DNA of 63,934 bases from Octopus bimaculoides (GCF_001194135.2 NC_068985.1:91011128-91075061), one strand, 5' to 3'. Shown: positions 11,913 through 25,765, counted from the stretch's first letter. Notes: generated from the sequence alone by a model not told the origin. Program-made: numbers and translations.

Positions 11913-14900
11913 NNNNNNNNNNNNNNNNNNNNNNNNNNNNNNNNNNNNNNNNNNNNNNNNNNNNNNNNNNNNNNNNNNNNNNNNNNNNNNNNNNNNNNNN
12001 NNNNNNNNNNNNNNNNNNNNNNNNNNNNNNNNNNNNNNNNNNNNNNNNNNNNNNNNNNNNNNNNNNNNNNNNNNNNNNNNNNNNNNNNNNNNNNNNNNTA
12101 TATATATATATATATATTCCTATATTCATATTTATATAAATGGATGTTTTTATTTTACGTGTATTGATATATATCTATCTGTCTGTCACTGCATATGATT
12201 GTGTTTTTGTATTTTTGTGTGCGTTCTTTGAGAAAAAGAGACTGAAATATTAACAGAGAGCGATTGAAACACAAAGAAGTCGTAGAAACGTATAATAACG
12301 GAATGTACAAATGCAAAATTATATAGATTTTTAAATAATTCCACTCCATACATTTTGTCATACAAACAAAAAAAGAAAATATTCTTATCTCTCTATATTA
12401 CGAGATATCAACGCAAATTTATTCCGCTGAGATTAACCTGTCATCTAAATAATGAGCATCTGCATTGAATCCATAAAGAACACTTATTGTCATATTATAT
12501 TGTGTCTTATTAAAATAATTTATTCACATGCATTGTTTGGATGATTACAACACGCTCGTTTAGTTCACATTTAAATTAAGAATTTCTTCTTCTCATTATG
12601 CAGATTATTTCATAATAACATTACGATATATTAACATGATTACCATAACTTATACATGAAACTGCACACCTGTTGTAAATGATGTTGAATATTTATTTAT
12701 GCCAATGTGTACGCATTTAAAAACCATTATCTATCTATAACAATAAATCAAATAATCTTAGCTCATGAACAAGTGAATTAACATTTCATATGATTTGCAG
12801 CAATATATAGTCGCATGATCATATCCAGAAGCGATCAGTGTCCATGATTTTGGCATTTATCCTCGGAAGGGTCATATTGGCGTTGTTGGAGTTTCGTTGG
12901 AACTGTAGCTGGAGACTAAATATTAAGCAAAATTACATAGATTTTATGAGATGGTTTGGAGAGAGTTGTATGGAGAGAGGTGTTAGTTTGTATCTACTAG
13001 ATTTGAAACAGAAGAGAAGAAGCAATATCAGATGGATGCATCTTGGTGTAGTATCCTTTTATTTAGGATCTAAAAGTAGGTTTAAAAACATTTTCGTGCT
13101 CATCATGCAGAATACTGTGTATAGGAATAACGTCTTTCATTATGCAACCAGAGTATTTCTTTACGGGCTCCATCTTGAGGTTTGCACATGTTTAGGGCAA
13201 AAACAGACTGTAAATTGGATGGTGTATAGTTTGATGAATAAACGATTGTGGTATATAATGTGTTTGAACTACTAATTACGGCTTGGAATACTCAACCTGA
13301 CATGTGGTGAACATTTTTCTTTTCTTCTGCAATTGATATGCTATGTGTTCGCTATTACAGCGAAACCGTTTACCAACAATGTATAACATCATGCATGATG
13401 CAACTTTTTCCAGGGCATCACATTTGAAATTGACATTTTGTCTAATGACACCGCTGTGCCTCAAAGAACTAGTTAAATCCGTATGATTTTATGAGATTTC
13501 ATTCGCTTTTTCATTCATGTTGCCACTTTCCTAGGACAATTGTGTTCATTTTCTTGTTTCATTTTGTCAAATTTAACTATATCTTATATCTATGGAGAGT
13601 GGAGGCTAGAATGTATCTTATGGTAATTATCTTTACATCATGAATTACAGTAGAAATTCTCTTTACACTGATATTTAGACTATTAAAAAATATATTCTTC
13701 TTTCTTTATTTCACCAACATATTTAAAGAGATTACATATCTAGAAAGAGAAAATTTTAAGGATTCTTTGTGTTGTATAGCAGTTGCGGATAAAAGGGATC
13801 GGATGCTGGTTTCAGATGTATCACATACTTGCGAAAGCAAAATCCCTAAGATATTTTCGAGCCTTTTGTCCTTGAATATAAGCTGTTACCCTGCTCGTTT
13901 CCTTTGAAAATGAGTCACTGTATTCTGGTATTATCCTACATATCCTATCAGTTTATCCAATGCATATTTATGTTTCAAACATATCTGAGTTTCCTGCTGA
14001 ATATATATTATCATTTTCGTTTCATTTCCCGTTTGGACACATCATTATCTCCAACATTATATATTTCCTCTGTAAAGAGGGACCACGCAAGTATTGTTTG
14101 CCAGTTCCATAGTAGGACGTGGTAACAAGCTTTTCATGTTGTAAGCCCGTCCAATTGTGATAATCCTGACACATATTTGTCGATCAGATTAATAGCACAA
14201 TTACGATGAAAAAACGCAGCACCACGATTCATATGCGTACGAGGTTGCTTGCAACATTGTAATCCCTAATTTCAATGACATCTATTGGATGCCATGCCGA
14301 AAACCAGGCGTATATGTTCTCTGTAACTTCACGATTAATAATTGCTTTTATTGCCAAAAGGCAAGGCTGCAAACCAAGTTGTTACTGCTTACGCCTTTCT
14401 ATATCGTTCCACTCCCTCGATGATTTGGTGGCATGTATACAATTTTGCAGAAGCTCTGTCAGGTCATGAGTGGCAAGTTACTTTTCTTATGCTAAATTCT
14501 GTCATCTTTCATATATCAATTTCATAGCTATCGCAAAATCTAGAAAGTAATTTTACATTCTATAATAATCCTTAACAACAGTTTGTGAACTTCTCATTGG
14601 CACATTGCATAAATACGCAACCAAGACGCCGGATCAAATATTCTTGCTCCCGCGCTAGAATAAAAATGCAAATGAAAATTGTTTATAGCAAAACCTAGCT
14701 ACCATACGAATACGAATTTTGTTTTATATAAATCCAGATATGGTGACACATCAAGCTGAATATCATATGTGAGTCATCACAATAGCTACATACACCTCGG
14801 GTGAGGGCTTTGTGCATGATTTTGGTAATGGATCAATTCACTGTTAGAAACATTATCATAATTTCCGGATGTAGTACATTTAGCATGTTACCGCTTTATA

Positions 14901-16624
14901 TTTGGGATGCCGCAACAGTCATTAACCTACAAGATTGATGGTTTTCATTGGAACTCAAGGGAATGATTGATACGCATGTGATAAATTGGTTACTCTTGTC
15001 GTGTTTGCCAATTTTTATCGTTAGAAATGCATTTAATTCAGTAATTGCGAAGGCCTGTATGTTTCGATACCTATGAATGGTGAAGCAAGACAGTATTGAT
15101 CACTATTGATGAAATTTAAGTGGCCGTTATCTGCACCACACGCACATAATCACTTTCTAGGATGTGTGCCGAGAATTTGGATCGTGTGTTTTCTGTAAAC
15201 TGGATGTAGCAGGGAATATAAATCCACATGAGTTCACACAATTACTTTACATGGTATTGTATTTATATCTTTCAGATATACATATAATAACATCAATTGT
15301 TTCCGACAAAGTAGATATTGAATAGTTTCAAAGGGAAGTATAACGAAACTGATAGCAGAAATTATAATTCGTCGACTAAGTATAAATCTTTCCTTCACTG
15401 AACATCTGGTTCTTCTCTATTCATTTTTTGCACATTGTACATGAAATAGCATAATTCAGACATACATCGTCTACAGGGGGATTCATTTTCTATCTTTGGC
15501 TATTTAGAATTGGATTTGAAGAGCAGCTGATCTAATCAATTAATGACTAAATGATGGTAATGTTAAATTTGAGAGCCTACATGTCAAGTGTATGTGTATA
15601 TATATAAATATAGACGTACGCACACGCACACACATACTTATATATGTATTTTGTACAAACACCCATGAATACAAATATGCATAGTCGCTCAACGTCACTT
15701 ACATACACTGATACACATCAACTTGTATATTGGATGTGCTTCTAATTAAATGGCCAAAAGTGTATTATGCTAACGATGATCCATTATACAACTTCCGGGT
15801 CTGGATCAGAAAACCTCATGTGCTTCTAACATGTCTGTCATATACGATTATGTGAATGACAATTTGCGTAGAAGACAGTTGCAGAAGGAGGAAACAGACT
15901 CCCCGTCTACTCCCCCACAACTCGTGATTTATTTAAAAACCTAGAAAAGTCATCTGTTAATTTACACATTTGCTCAATAGCAATACGCTGTCTTTTAAAT
16001 TGGTTCAAGGCTGCTGACATCACATTTCTCTGTGAAATTCCTTTTGCAGACAAATATTGCTTTAATCAAGATATGCAATGATTTTGAGTCAGTTTTGATT
16101 ATTTTCATTTTATGACTTCAGGAAATATCAAAATATTAATTTATTTAGTTATCTTTTACTAATCCAATATAAGTATGCAAAAGTTAAATTAGAATATAAA
16201 CTTGAACCATTATGTTCAGTTCACTGAAACATTGATGCAAATAATATTTTGTCGCTCTCTCACGGAACCTTTATTTTGCCATATACGTTCATACAACTTA
16301 AAGCTGATCAATAAATTTCTGCATGTCTTGAGATCTTATATTTTAGAAAAACGAAGCTGTTAGAGAATATTTGCGAAGTGTTGTGGAATATTTAGGTTCA
16401 CATATAATAATAAAGAAGAATTAAAGTGATATCCATGCAATATCAACACCCATCATAAGATATTAAGTAGGGCGAGTAGGAGTAACCACACAAAGAAAGG
16501 AAGGTAGATAGATAAACAAGGAAGAGCAATTCGTTTGTGATATTTTTTCTTCGATTTTTAATTGTCACAAACATGTTAAGTTTACTATTGCAGAGATATT
16601 TAGTTTGACGCATATTATAAGGGA

Positions 16625-16875
16625 ATCAGGAATGTAATTATTTACATTATATACATTTGACGGATATTTGGTCTCTTCTTAATTGTTGTTAACGCAACGT
16701 TTCGGCTGATATACCCTCCAGCCTTCATCAGGTGTCTTGGGGAAATTTAGAACCTGGGTTCTCATTCCTAAGGTATTTTTCGTTGGTGTTATTATCACTA
16801 TTATTATTCTGGTCACTGACTGGAGTCGAACTAGGAATCTTGGTGTTAGTAGCCCGCGCTCCTAACCACTACACC
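16625..16875 (-). mobile_element. tRNA-headed SINE family B carrying a hammerhead motif
   Basis: Minus strand reads GGTGTAGTGGTTAGGAGCGCGGGCTACTAACACCAAGATTCCTAGTTCGACTCC (A and B boxes), then an (AAT)n linker, the GAGAACCCAGGTT body and the HHR. Confidence 0.85.
16691..16736 (-). ncRNA. Minimal type I hammerhead ribozyme motif, catalytic core intact
   Basis: GACAC-CUGAUGA-A-GGCUG(GAGGGUAUAU)CAGCC-GAAAC-GUU-GCGUU: core, 5-bp stem II, palindromic AACGUU stem III and stem I with one mismatch. Confidence 0.75.
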
Positions 16876-16913
16876 AAAATATATTAATAAGCTATATAAT
16901 TCACTCCATAATT

Positions 16914-17071
16914 GCCCACGGGCATGTGGTGTAGTGGTTAAGAGCGCAGGCTACTAACCCCAAGATTCCGAGTCCGATACCAAGCAGTAATCTGAATAAT
17001 AATAATAATAATAACAACAACAGTTTTGAAATTTTCCCAAGACATAATTCCTCATCTCTTAAATATAGAAC
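16914..17071 (+). mobile_element. SINE family B copy with an internal deletion removing the hammerhead
   Basis: tRNA-like head GGTGTAGTGGTTAAGAGCGCAGGCTACTAACCCCAAG and (AAT)n, then CCCAAGACA joined directly to TAATTCCTCATCTCTTAAATATAGAAC (the family 3' end). Confidence 0.8.
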
Positions 17072-18904
17072 AGGAATGCAATTGTTGTTTGAATGTAACT
17101 TAAGTTGGATTCATTTCTAGTAGCATTCAGCAGCTTCACATCCGTAATTGATATTATTTCAAATATTTTCTGAAACAATCCAGCTTAGCAATTTAGATAT
17201 ATGAATGGTAATACATTTATTTATTTATTTATTTACAATACAGGAATTACGATAATATTTAATATACATCTAAATAAATTCTGAAAGTAATTTCATCGCA
17301 ATTCGCTACTTCATGAATGATATGCCCTTTGTACCCCAGATCTGTTTCATACATACATACACACCCTCCCAGCTCGCCTCTTCCTTTTCTCTCTCGTTAC
17401 AGTTTAAATCAGCGACAGTTAGGAGAATACGCTGATGACTGTATTTTTGCCATTTTTACAAATTTCAACTACCATGTAATGATGTGTCTCTATTTCAGCG
17501 GCCGGCCTTAGTGTCAACATCAAAGTGAGAAGGTGTTGCTGCTTATGAAACAAATCCTAACTGAAGCATAAATACAACACGTGAGGCCAACATAATCGAA
17601 AGGGTGAACAGAACGAAAGAAAGTCATTTTATTTATCTGTGAAGTTAAAAAAGAAACATACGTTTTCACGTGGATTAAGCCACACTACGAACAAGGTTAC
17701 CTGCAGAGGCTGAAATGACAACTGATGTTACTCCGCCTAATGAAGGGATAACCTGCATGAAAATTATAGCGCAGTCAAAATATAATGCAAGAAAGCGTGG
17801 TGAATTAACTGAAAGATATTAACGAAATGAAAATAGTTGCTCGATTTCTAAAATATAAGTAATAGTCGTGCATCGGTACAATCGTTATTAATATGCCACA
17901 AGAATTGAAGAACTCCATTTAGGTAAACAAAACATTCTACTATTACTGAACAGTGGCATTCGAAATCAAGTGAGACTTCCACCGATACACAATGAGTTTA
18001 TGTAGTAAAAGGAGATTAGAAAACATCATATAAGGGTATGATATATGTATTCTGATATAACACACAATAACAGTGATCAGCTTCTTATTGTATGAAGTTC
18101 AACTCTCTATAGGAAATTATTATCATCGTATTTGCTGGATGATGAAATGAGATCCAAAATTAATCTTCTCTATAGCAGAATGGTGCTGTGAATTAAGCCC
18201 ATTTACATAAATTAAATAATCAGGCAGTACGCTTGGTTTAATCATGCGTTAAAAGTACACTTCTACAAAGACAGTTTTTGCTGCAGTAACACTAATATTA
18301 TGAAATGGCTTGGATATTGTTGTTTTTCTATGGATGAGACTTCATATTCACTCACCGGAATGAATTGCTTCTAAACAGCAACGGATTTTTGACCTGTGAG
18401 GTGAACTACATTTCGTTATAGTTAGTAATGCATAAGCTTCTCAAAGATTAGCTTTTCTTTTCCAGTAGCATAGTTCACTGTGTTAAAAGAATTCAAAATT
18501 TGTTTGTGGTTGGAAGAAATGCTCTGTATTTCGTCTGAGGAATCTATGAGGCACTGAACAAGGTCGTAATTATTGTTCTTGCATATGACTAAGATATAAA
18601 CAAAATTAACAGCTCATTAAAACTGATTCAAAGCTAAAAATGAAGCTGCTGTTTATAATACTGTGAAATCCGATTAAAATATCACATGCTGTATCGATTT
18701 CTAAATCAATATAACACGCTATATTATTTTAATCAGTTTTATCTTTAGTGTTCTTTAGGTTTGTAATATTCACAAATGGAGTTGTTTTTAAGCAGTGTAG
18801 TTTGGTGCCTGTCTTATAGAGTCATGTTAATGAGTACAGAATATTTAACAAACTTATGAATTGAAGATAATTATATGAACGACTACTATAGTTATTCTAT
18901 TTTT

Positions 18905-19277
18905 TCTTTCGTTCTTTTATTTGTTTCATTCATTTGACAGCGGCCATGCGGGAACATCGCCTTTAGTCGAGCAAATCAACCATAGAACTTATTCATTGTG
19001 AGCATGGTACTTATTCTATCGATATCTTTTGCTGAACCGCTATGTTACGGGGACGTAAACACACCATCATCGGTTGTCAAGCGATGTTGGGATGAGAGAC
19101 ANNNNNNNNNNATATACATATATATATATATATATATATGTATTTATATATATGTATCGACTACCAAATCCATTCACAAGGCGCTGGTCATCCTGAGGTT
19201 ATAGTAGAAGACACTAACCCTAACCCCATGCGGTTGGGAAGCAAGCTACTTACCACACATCCACTCCTGAGCCTATG
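18905..19277 (-). mobile_element. tRNA-derived SINE, family A
   Basis: Contains GCGGCCATGC..CGCCTTTAGTCGAGCAAATC and GCAAGCTACTTACCACACATCCACTCCTGAGCCTAT. Confidence 0.85.
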
Positions 19278-19694
19278 AATTGAAAATAATCATATCAACA
19301 TCAATTGTAGTTATTGTATGCTTACGATTTTTTGAGAAATGCTTTCTAGTTTCCGTTGTACGAATTAATAGCATCAACAAATAAATGAAAAGTTGACTCT
19401 ATAACCATTTCGGCGATAGGCATATGTTTGATTAGAACTAAATGTTTATGATTAAATTGCCAAATGTTTTATTCTGACACTTATTAGTTTAAAAGCTATA
19501 CGAGGCATATTCGCCTTGAAAAACAAATGAACGCAAGGACCAAGTTAATATATAACAATTGAACCACGAAAGAAACATCCATTGCTTAATAGCAAAGTAC
19601 TGGAATTATTGACACACACACACATACACACACACACACACATTAATATATAGGTACAGACGTGAATGTGCGTTAATAAACTTGCCTAATATCT

Positions 19695-20110
19695 ACATGT
19701 TTCCAGATTCAGTCCCATCGCGCGGTACCTTGGGTAAGTGTCTGTTACAATAGCCTCTGGCAGACCAAGGCCTTATAATTGAATTTGGTTGGCAGAAACT
19801 CAAAGAAGTCCGTCGTATATATATATATATGTATGTATTTAAATGTATGTGTGCGTGTTTGTGTGTGTGTGTGTGTATGTGTGTGTGTGCGTGTTTCTGT
19901 GTGCCAGAGTTTGTTTACCACCACCGCTTGACAAAGCGTTTTGCCGTGTTTATGTTCACGCAAATAATGGTTCGGTGAAATTTAAAGACTAAGAACCAGC
20001 ATTTTAATAAATAATTGCTGGGATCGATTAATTGGACTCAAAATTCTGCAAGGCGTTGCTCCAGCATAGCCGCTATTAAATGACTGAGACAAACGTAACA
20101 TAAAACATAA
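19695..20110 (+). mobile_element. tRNA-derived SINE, family A or related subfamily
   Basis: TTCAGTCCC..CCTTGGGTAAGTGTC..AAAGAAGTCCGTCGTATATA, a (GT)n block and the tail GCTCCAGCATAGCCGC..ATGACTGAGACAA. Confidence 0.8.
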
Positions 20111-21966
20111 AATATATATCTACAATGACATGGCTTAGGCAAGATTTGTCATAAACTGGATTTCTGAGAGTATATCTGAATTATAAGAAAATAACGTGGC
20201 CGCTATTAGATACACTCAGGGAGAAAATTTGTTAGGGATGCGTGCACGAAATCTTTCCCAGTAGCTTCAAGTTGGAACGCTAGATGTATTTATGGCTCTA
20301 TGCGATTCTTGAATAGCGAGTTATCACAGCCAGCGTGTTTAGGTGAAATCGGTCACCACTGCCTTATACGAAAACACATGTCCATTTGAGATGTACATAT
20401 ACAGCAATAACTTTTGATCCTAATGATATGTTATACTTATATTAACTTCTATTGAAAATAACAGCAATTTATTCAGTGGAGCAGCTACATGTAATATACA
20501 CCCAAAGACAAACTTACACACATATGTAGAAGAACAAATAGCAAGAAATACCATTAGCAACTTATTCATCCTTTTCAATCGATTCATTATCATAAGTTTA
20601 TACAGCCCACTCCACAACACAGGGTCGTATAAGCCCAGAAACAACAAACAAAAACGAAGCTAAAACTTATGTGAATTATATGGATTATCAATTTTCGAAT
20701 TGCCCAGTCATGTACAGAGATTCTATAGTTTCGGATGCGTCATATCTGTTATAATACATAAGCTGTTCCCCTCTAAAAATAATAAAATAAGATAAAGTGC
20801 ATCGTATCAGAAAAATGATTTTGGAAATTATTCTAAAATTTTCTTTGTGCCCGGGAGAATAGGATTAGAAAAAGAATTATTGTTTTTGATTGTAGGAGAA
20901 AAAAAATATAGGTTATTTGCAGATATAATGCATGATAACATTAGGAGTGTTTGACAAGTTAAGATGAAACGAGGTTATCTTGGCTAAGGTTCCATTCGCA
21001 CAGTGCTGTAAAAAATTACCGATGTTGCTATCTTGAGGTGTTTCTGAAAATATGTTATTTTTTCTATCTCTCTCCCATCCCCTCTCACCCCACCCATCTC
21101 TCTCTCTTTCATTGTTTTTCCGTTTTTGTTTTACCGAGAAGGGCGAAGCCTTTTTTTCTTCTCTCCATAAATAATACGTCAAAAATATTGCTATAGTTTT
21201 ATATGGTTTTGAAGAGAGGAATTCTGCAGGATATTTTCACGGCCCTGTATCGCATTATTATTAACATCGGTAAATACTGGTCTACTTGCATGCCCGTACC
21301 AATTAATTTGGTTATCATTTCTAACATCTTACTTGTTTTTATAGAACTGCATCTTACTATTATATTTCTTGTTTGATAGTTTTAGGTGCAGCTATCTGAA
21401 GGGGATGTGTTTATCGGTTACGTAAAATAAATTTCTAGAAATGTTCACGTTTCGCAGCGAAGTGATTGTCAAGTTGATAATATACTGGATTATGTTTCAA
21501 TATAAGAAGTAGAATATATGTGATTTTTGAAAGTGTATCCATTCTACTGCAAGGGGTTTAAACGCTATTGTAATAAGGCAGGCGCCTTGACGCAGATTCA
21601 TATCTCAGATTACAATTTCGAAATCAAGATAAGATTATTGGTTTCAAAATACTTAAAGCTATATTTACGTGCGTTTATACTTACACATATATATTTGTTC
21701 CTTTTCTGTGTGTATATGCACGTTGTCGTGTTTGTATATGTGTGTGTATGTAGCTGTGTGTGTATATACTTTATATATATATATATATATATATATTTGT
21801 GTGTGTCTTTGTATATATATTTATATATAGTCATATATGCACATGTACGCACACCCACACACCTAAATACATACTTACATACAAACATATCTACGTACAA
21901 ACAAGCATATATGTATGTGTGTGATTTTGTGCATATACCCATGAATGTGGGTACATATGTATAGAA

Positions 21967-21998
<32 letters not shown>

Positions 21999-23385
21999 NN
22001 NNNNNNNNNNNNNNNNNNNNNNNNNNNNNNNNNNNNNNNNNNNNNNNNNNNNNNNNNNNNNNNNNNNNNNNNNNNNNNNNNNNNNNNNNNNNNNNNNNNN
22101 NNNNNNNNNNNNNNNNNNNNNNNNNNNNNNNNNNNNNNNNNNNNNNNNNNNNNNNNNNNNNNNNNNNNNNNNNNNNNNNNNNNNNNNNNNNNNNNNNNNN
22201 NNNNNNNNNNNNNNNNNNNNNNNNNNNNNNNNATATATATGTATATATATACACAGACAATATTGTTCTCATCATTTTCACAATATGATTGCACGCACAG
22301 ACAAGCGCACTTGCACACATTCACACGATCACAAACATATACACGCAAATATATGTATGTATATATTCACACATGAATGACACGCTGATACATAATAGAG
22401 ATGCTGGTATACACACTTGCAACATTTCGTCTACATTGCACCTTACATCATATATGGATCCTAATGTCCTGTTATTGCTTATAACATAATCTTGCAAATG
22501 TTATGTTTTCACTTACTGAAAACAATGGTTAAAGGGTAAAATCACAATATGCATTTCTTGGACAGGATCTACATTAATCCCTGATCTGATTCATGAGGAT
22601 TTTATCTGGCTTTATAATTATCTAAATCTAATATAGGGTAAGCGTGGAGAATATTGTATTTAAATAAATGTTGCTCTGTTATTTTAATGAATATTATTTC
22701 ACCAGTGCAAAATAGGATCTCGTTGCGAACGTTATTTTCACAACGTTTGTATATTCCACTTTACTGGTTTCCTACATTTGTGAAATAATAGACCTGTGCC
22801 TTTTGTTTATAATTTGAAATAACAGATACACACATCATCTAAATAAAAAATTATGAGTAAATAGCACTTCAAAACATTTATGTATGTCGTCTAATGTCTA
22901 CAAAACTTGAAGTCTAGTAACGGACGTCGACTCTTCGATATGTAAATATATTTGTACACAGCAAAATCAATGGCCAGAGGAATATTATCCAAAATCTCGT
23001 AATAACACTGAGTTAGTACACTAGCACACCCATTATTAGGATGATTTTTATTATGTACTTATTTCAAAGAAATCATACCACCTGCCAACTAAATCAGAAA
23101 TAAACACAAACATCGTCATTCTAAATTATTTGTTATTCAAAGATAACGAAAAAGCCTGCAGTAATATAAATCGTCGTATTATTCTCTCAGTAAATCCTTA
23201 TATTTTTTCGTAAATATTGTTTTTCTTTTCTGTCAGTATTGTATTTTATTTTCACCTTCATATTGTTTTGCATTGCTATGATTCTTAGGATCTATTTTGT
23301 CTATATCAAACTGAGTTTACCTCATCTTCTTTTACAAACAAATAATCATTCTGACAATCATCATCGTTTCTATTTAAACACATTC

Positions 23386-23433
<48 letters not shown>

Positions 23434-25205
23434 CACACACGCACACACACACACACANNNNNNNNNNNNNNNNNNNNNNNNNNNNNNNNNNNNNNNNNNN
23501 NNNNNNNNNNNNNNNNNNNNNNNNNNNNNNNNNNNNNNNNNNNNNNNNNNNNNNNNNNNNNNNNNNNNNNNNNNNNNNNNNNNNNNNNNNNNNNNNNNNN
23601 NNNNNNNNNNNNNNNNNNNNNNNNNNNNNNNNNNNNNNNNNNNNNNNNNNNNNNNNNNNNNNNNNNNNNNNNNNNNNNNNNNNNNNNNNNNNNNNNNNNN
23701 NNNNNNNNNNNNNNATATATATATATATATATATATATAATGTCTATCTATTAAGGTCATGCATTTGTTAAAAATTACGAACTTAACATTTATTGCAAGG
23801 GAAATATGGTAAAGCGGTAGACTACGGAATTATCAATTGTATGTAATCAACATATGAAAGAAAATAAGACGTACTGCTTCAAATTGCCTACGCTAATAGA
23901 TAAGACAACATGGCATGGTATGTAAAATACCACCTAACCACCATGTGCAGGATAGAAAATTGCATTGTACAAGCACTAGAGAATGGATGAAACTGAAAGT
24001 AGGAGGATAAAGAAATGAATGCATGGAGAATTTCATAGGGATGGGAAAGATAAGTCAGACAGAGAAACATTATGGCTTTGGATTACTAAAAGTGATTTAA
24101 AAACCGGAAACGGCGGCTCTAATCTGTGTTTTCCAAGAGCAAGCACTAAGAACAAACTACATAAAATACAGAATAGTCAACACATCAAAAAGTGATAAGT
24201 TCAGAACTTCTATACAAAATTGTGAAACCGTATGATATATAAGCAAATATGTGATATTGCACAGACTATTTGCTGTACCCCATATTTGCACCAAGCCAAA
24301 CCAATGGACATGATAAGACTCCCAATCAGTTAACGTCAGAAACCTTGACAGCCACTGCCTGGTTATCATCATCATCATCATCATCATCAACACTATTACT
24401 GTTTTTATTTTTATTTTCATTGTTATCATCCATATTATTATTAGTATTATTATTGTTAATTTGTTTTAAAATATAATACTTAAATCGAATTTAAGGAACC
24501 AGCTGTTAGATATTCCCATCTGCAGGGCATTAAAATTGCGCTATTTCTATAAGTTTCATGAATGCCCGCGGTAGAATTACATAATGTTTTGACATTTCTA
24601 TACAACGCATTTCGAACGTATTTTTTTTTTTTTTTACGTTTTCGTTTCACACCGCAACACGATTACATAGCAATTGTAAACCACCAAGTGTTGTACCCTA
24701 CCTTAACGTTTTACGAATTTTAGAATAAGAAACGTTTTACCGTTTCCATAGTTAAAACGTGTATTTCAAAGTATACTTATTTGACAGCCTACATCTCAAT
24801 AAGTCTCGCACAGAAATTACTACTTTTTATATTGCTTTTTTCGCCTTTACAAAAGATGAATTGATATTGAGATTCTAGCCTGAAGTCTTGTTTGTTTTCT
24901 CAACTAATAATGAGGGAAAAAATTGCTAAGTACGCTTGAGAAGATGTTCCTGCAACATGATTCTGGCTAATCTTTGAAAATATCGTAAAATTCTACAAAA
25001 TAGTCACAGTAAGGTATTATTAATTATCAGCATGACTCGCAAAGCGAGGAATCTCGTTACAATAAGTGGTCAACTAAGTAACAATATTTCCATGATAAAT
25101 GAATATGTGTTTATATATGTATCTATATCTATATATATCTATCTATCTCTCGCTCTTTATACATACATACGTACATTCACGCACACACATACACACGCAC
25201 ACACA

Positions 25206-25287
<82 letters not shown>

Positions 25288-25290
<3 letters not shown>

Positions 25291-25700
25291 CATGTACCAC
25301 ATACTCGCGTTGTTTTATTTACCCGTGTCTTTTCTTCGGTTTTTGGGTTTAACTATTTACTACTCACTCATACGGACCACTGTCCTTCCGATTGGCATTG
25401 GAGTTACCTTATTCATTTAGAGTATTCAATTTCTGCACCTTGATTGTGAATCATTACAATTTTTCATTGACTTTTCCCATTTAACTCGTTTTCCCTCGAC
25501 CTATCTTCTGTTATACTTCCACTCTCTGTCATATTCGTCTCTCTCTACTTTCCTCTGTCTCCTATTCTGAAGAAGAACTTGGTTCGAAACGTAAAACTCA
25601 CATTTTTTCCTTCTTTGAGCGTATGTTAAAACATTGCATGTACCACGTCCTCGCATTGTTCTGTCTTTTTCTTATTGTGTTTCTTCCTTTTAATTAGATT
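25288..25700 (+). mobile_element. HHR-bearing repeat with a partial tandem unit of 346 bp (PLE pseudo-LTR or retrozyme-like)
   Basis: TTGCATGTACCAC.T.CTCGC.TTGTT occurs at 25288 and again at 25634, with a hammerhead motif between them. Confidence 0.6.
25561..25600 (+). ncRNA. Minimal hammerhead ribozyme motif
   Basis: CUGAAGA-A-GAAC(UUG)GUUC-GAAAC-GUA; ACGU palindrome at stem III; stem I is weak (about 2 bp). Confidence 0.6.
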
Positions 25701-25765
25701 TAAAATACACACAATCATGCATATTTATATATAAATGTATACATGTATATACTTTTACATGTGCG

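Noticed and set aside
17410-17480. GEYADDCIF peptide resembling an RT YADD motif
   Set aside because: No other RT motifs flank it; likely chance.
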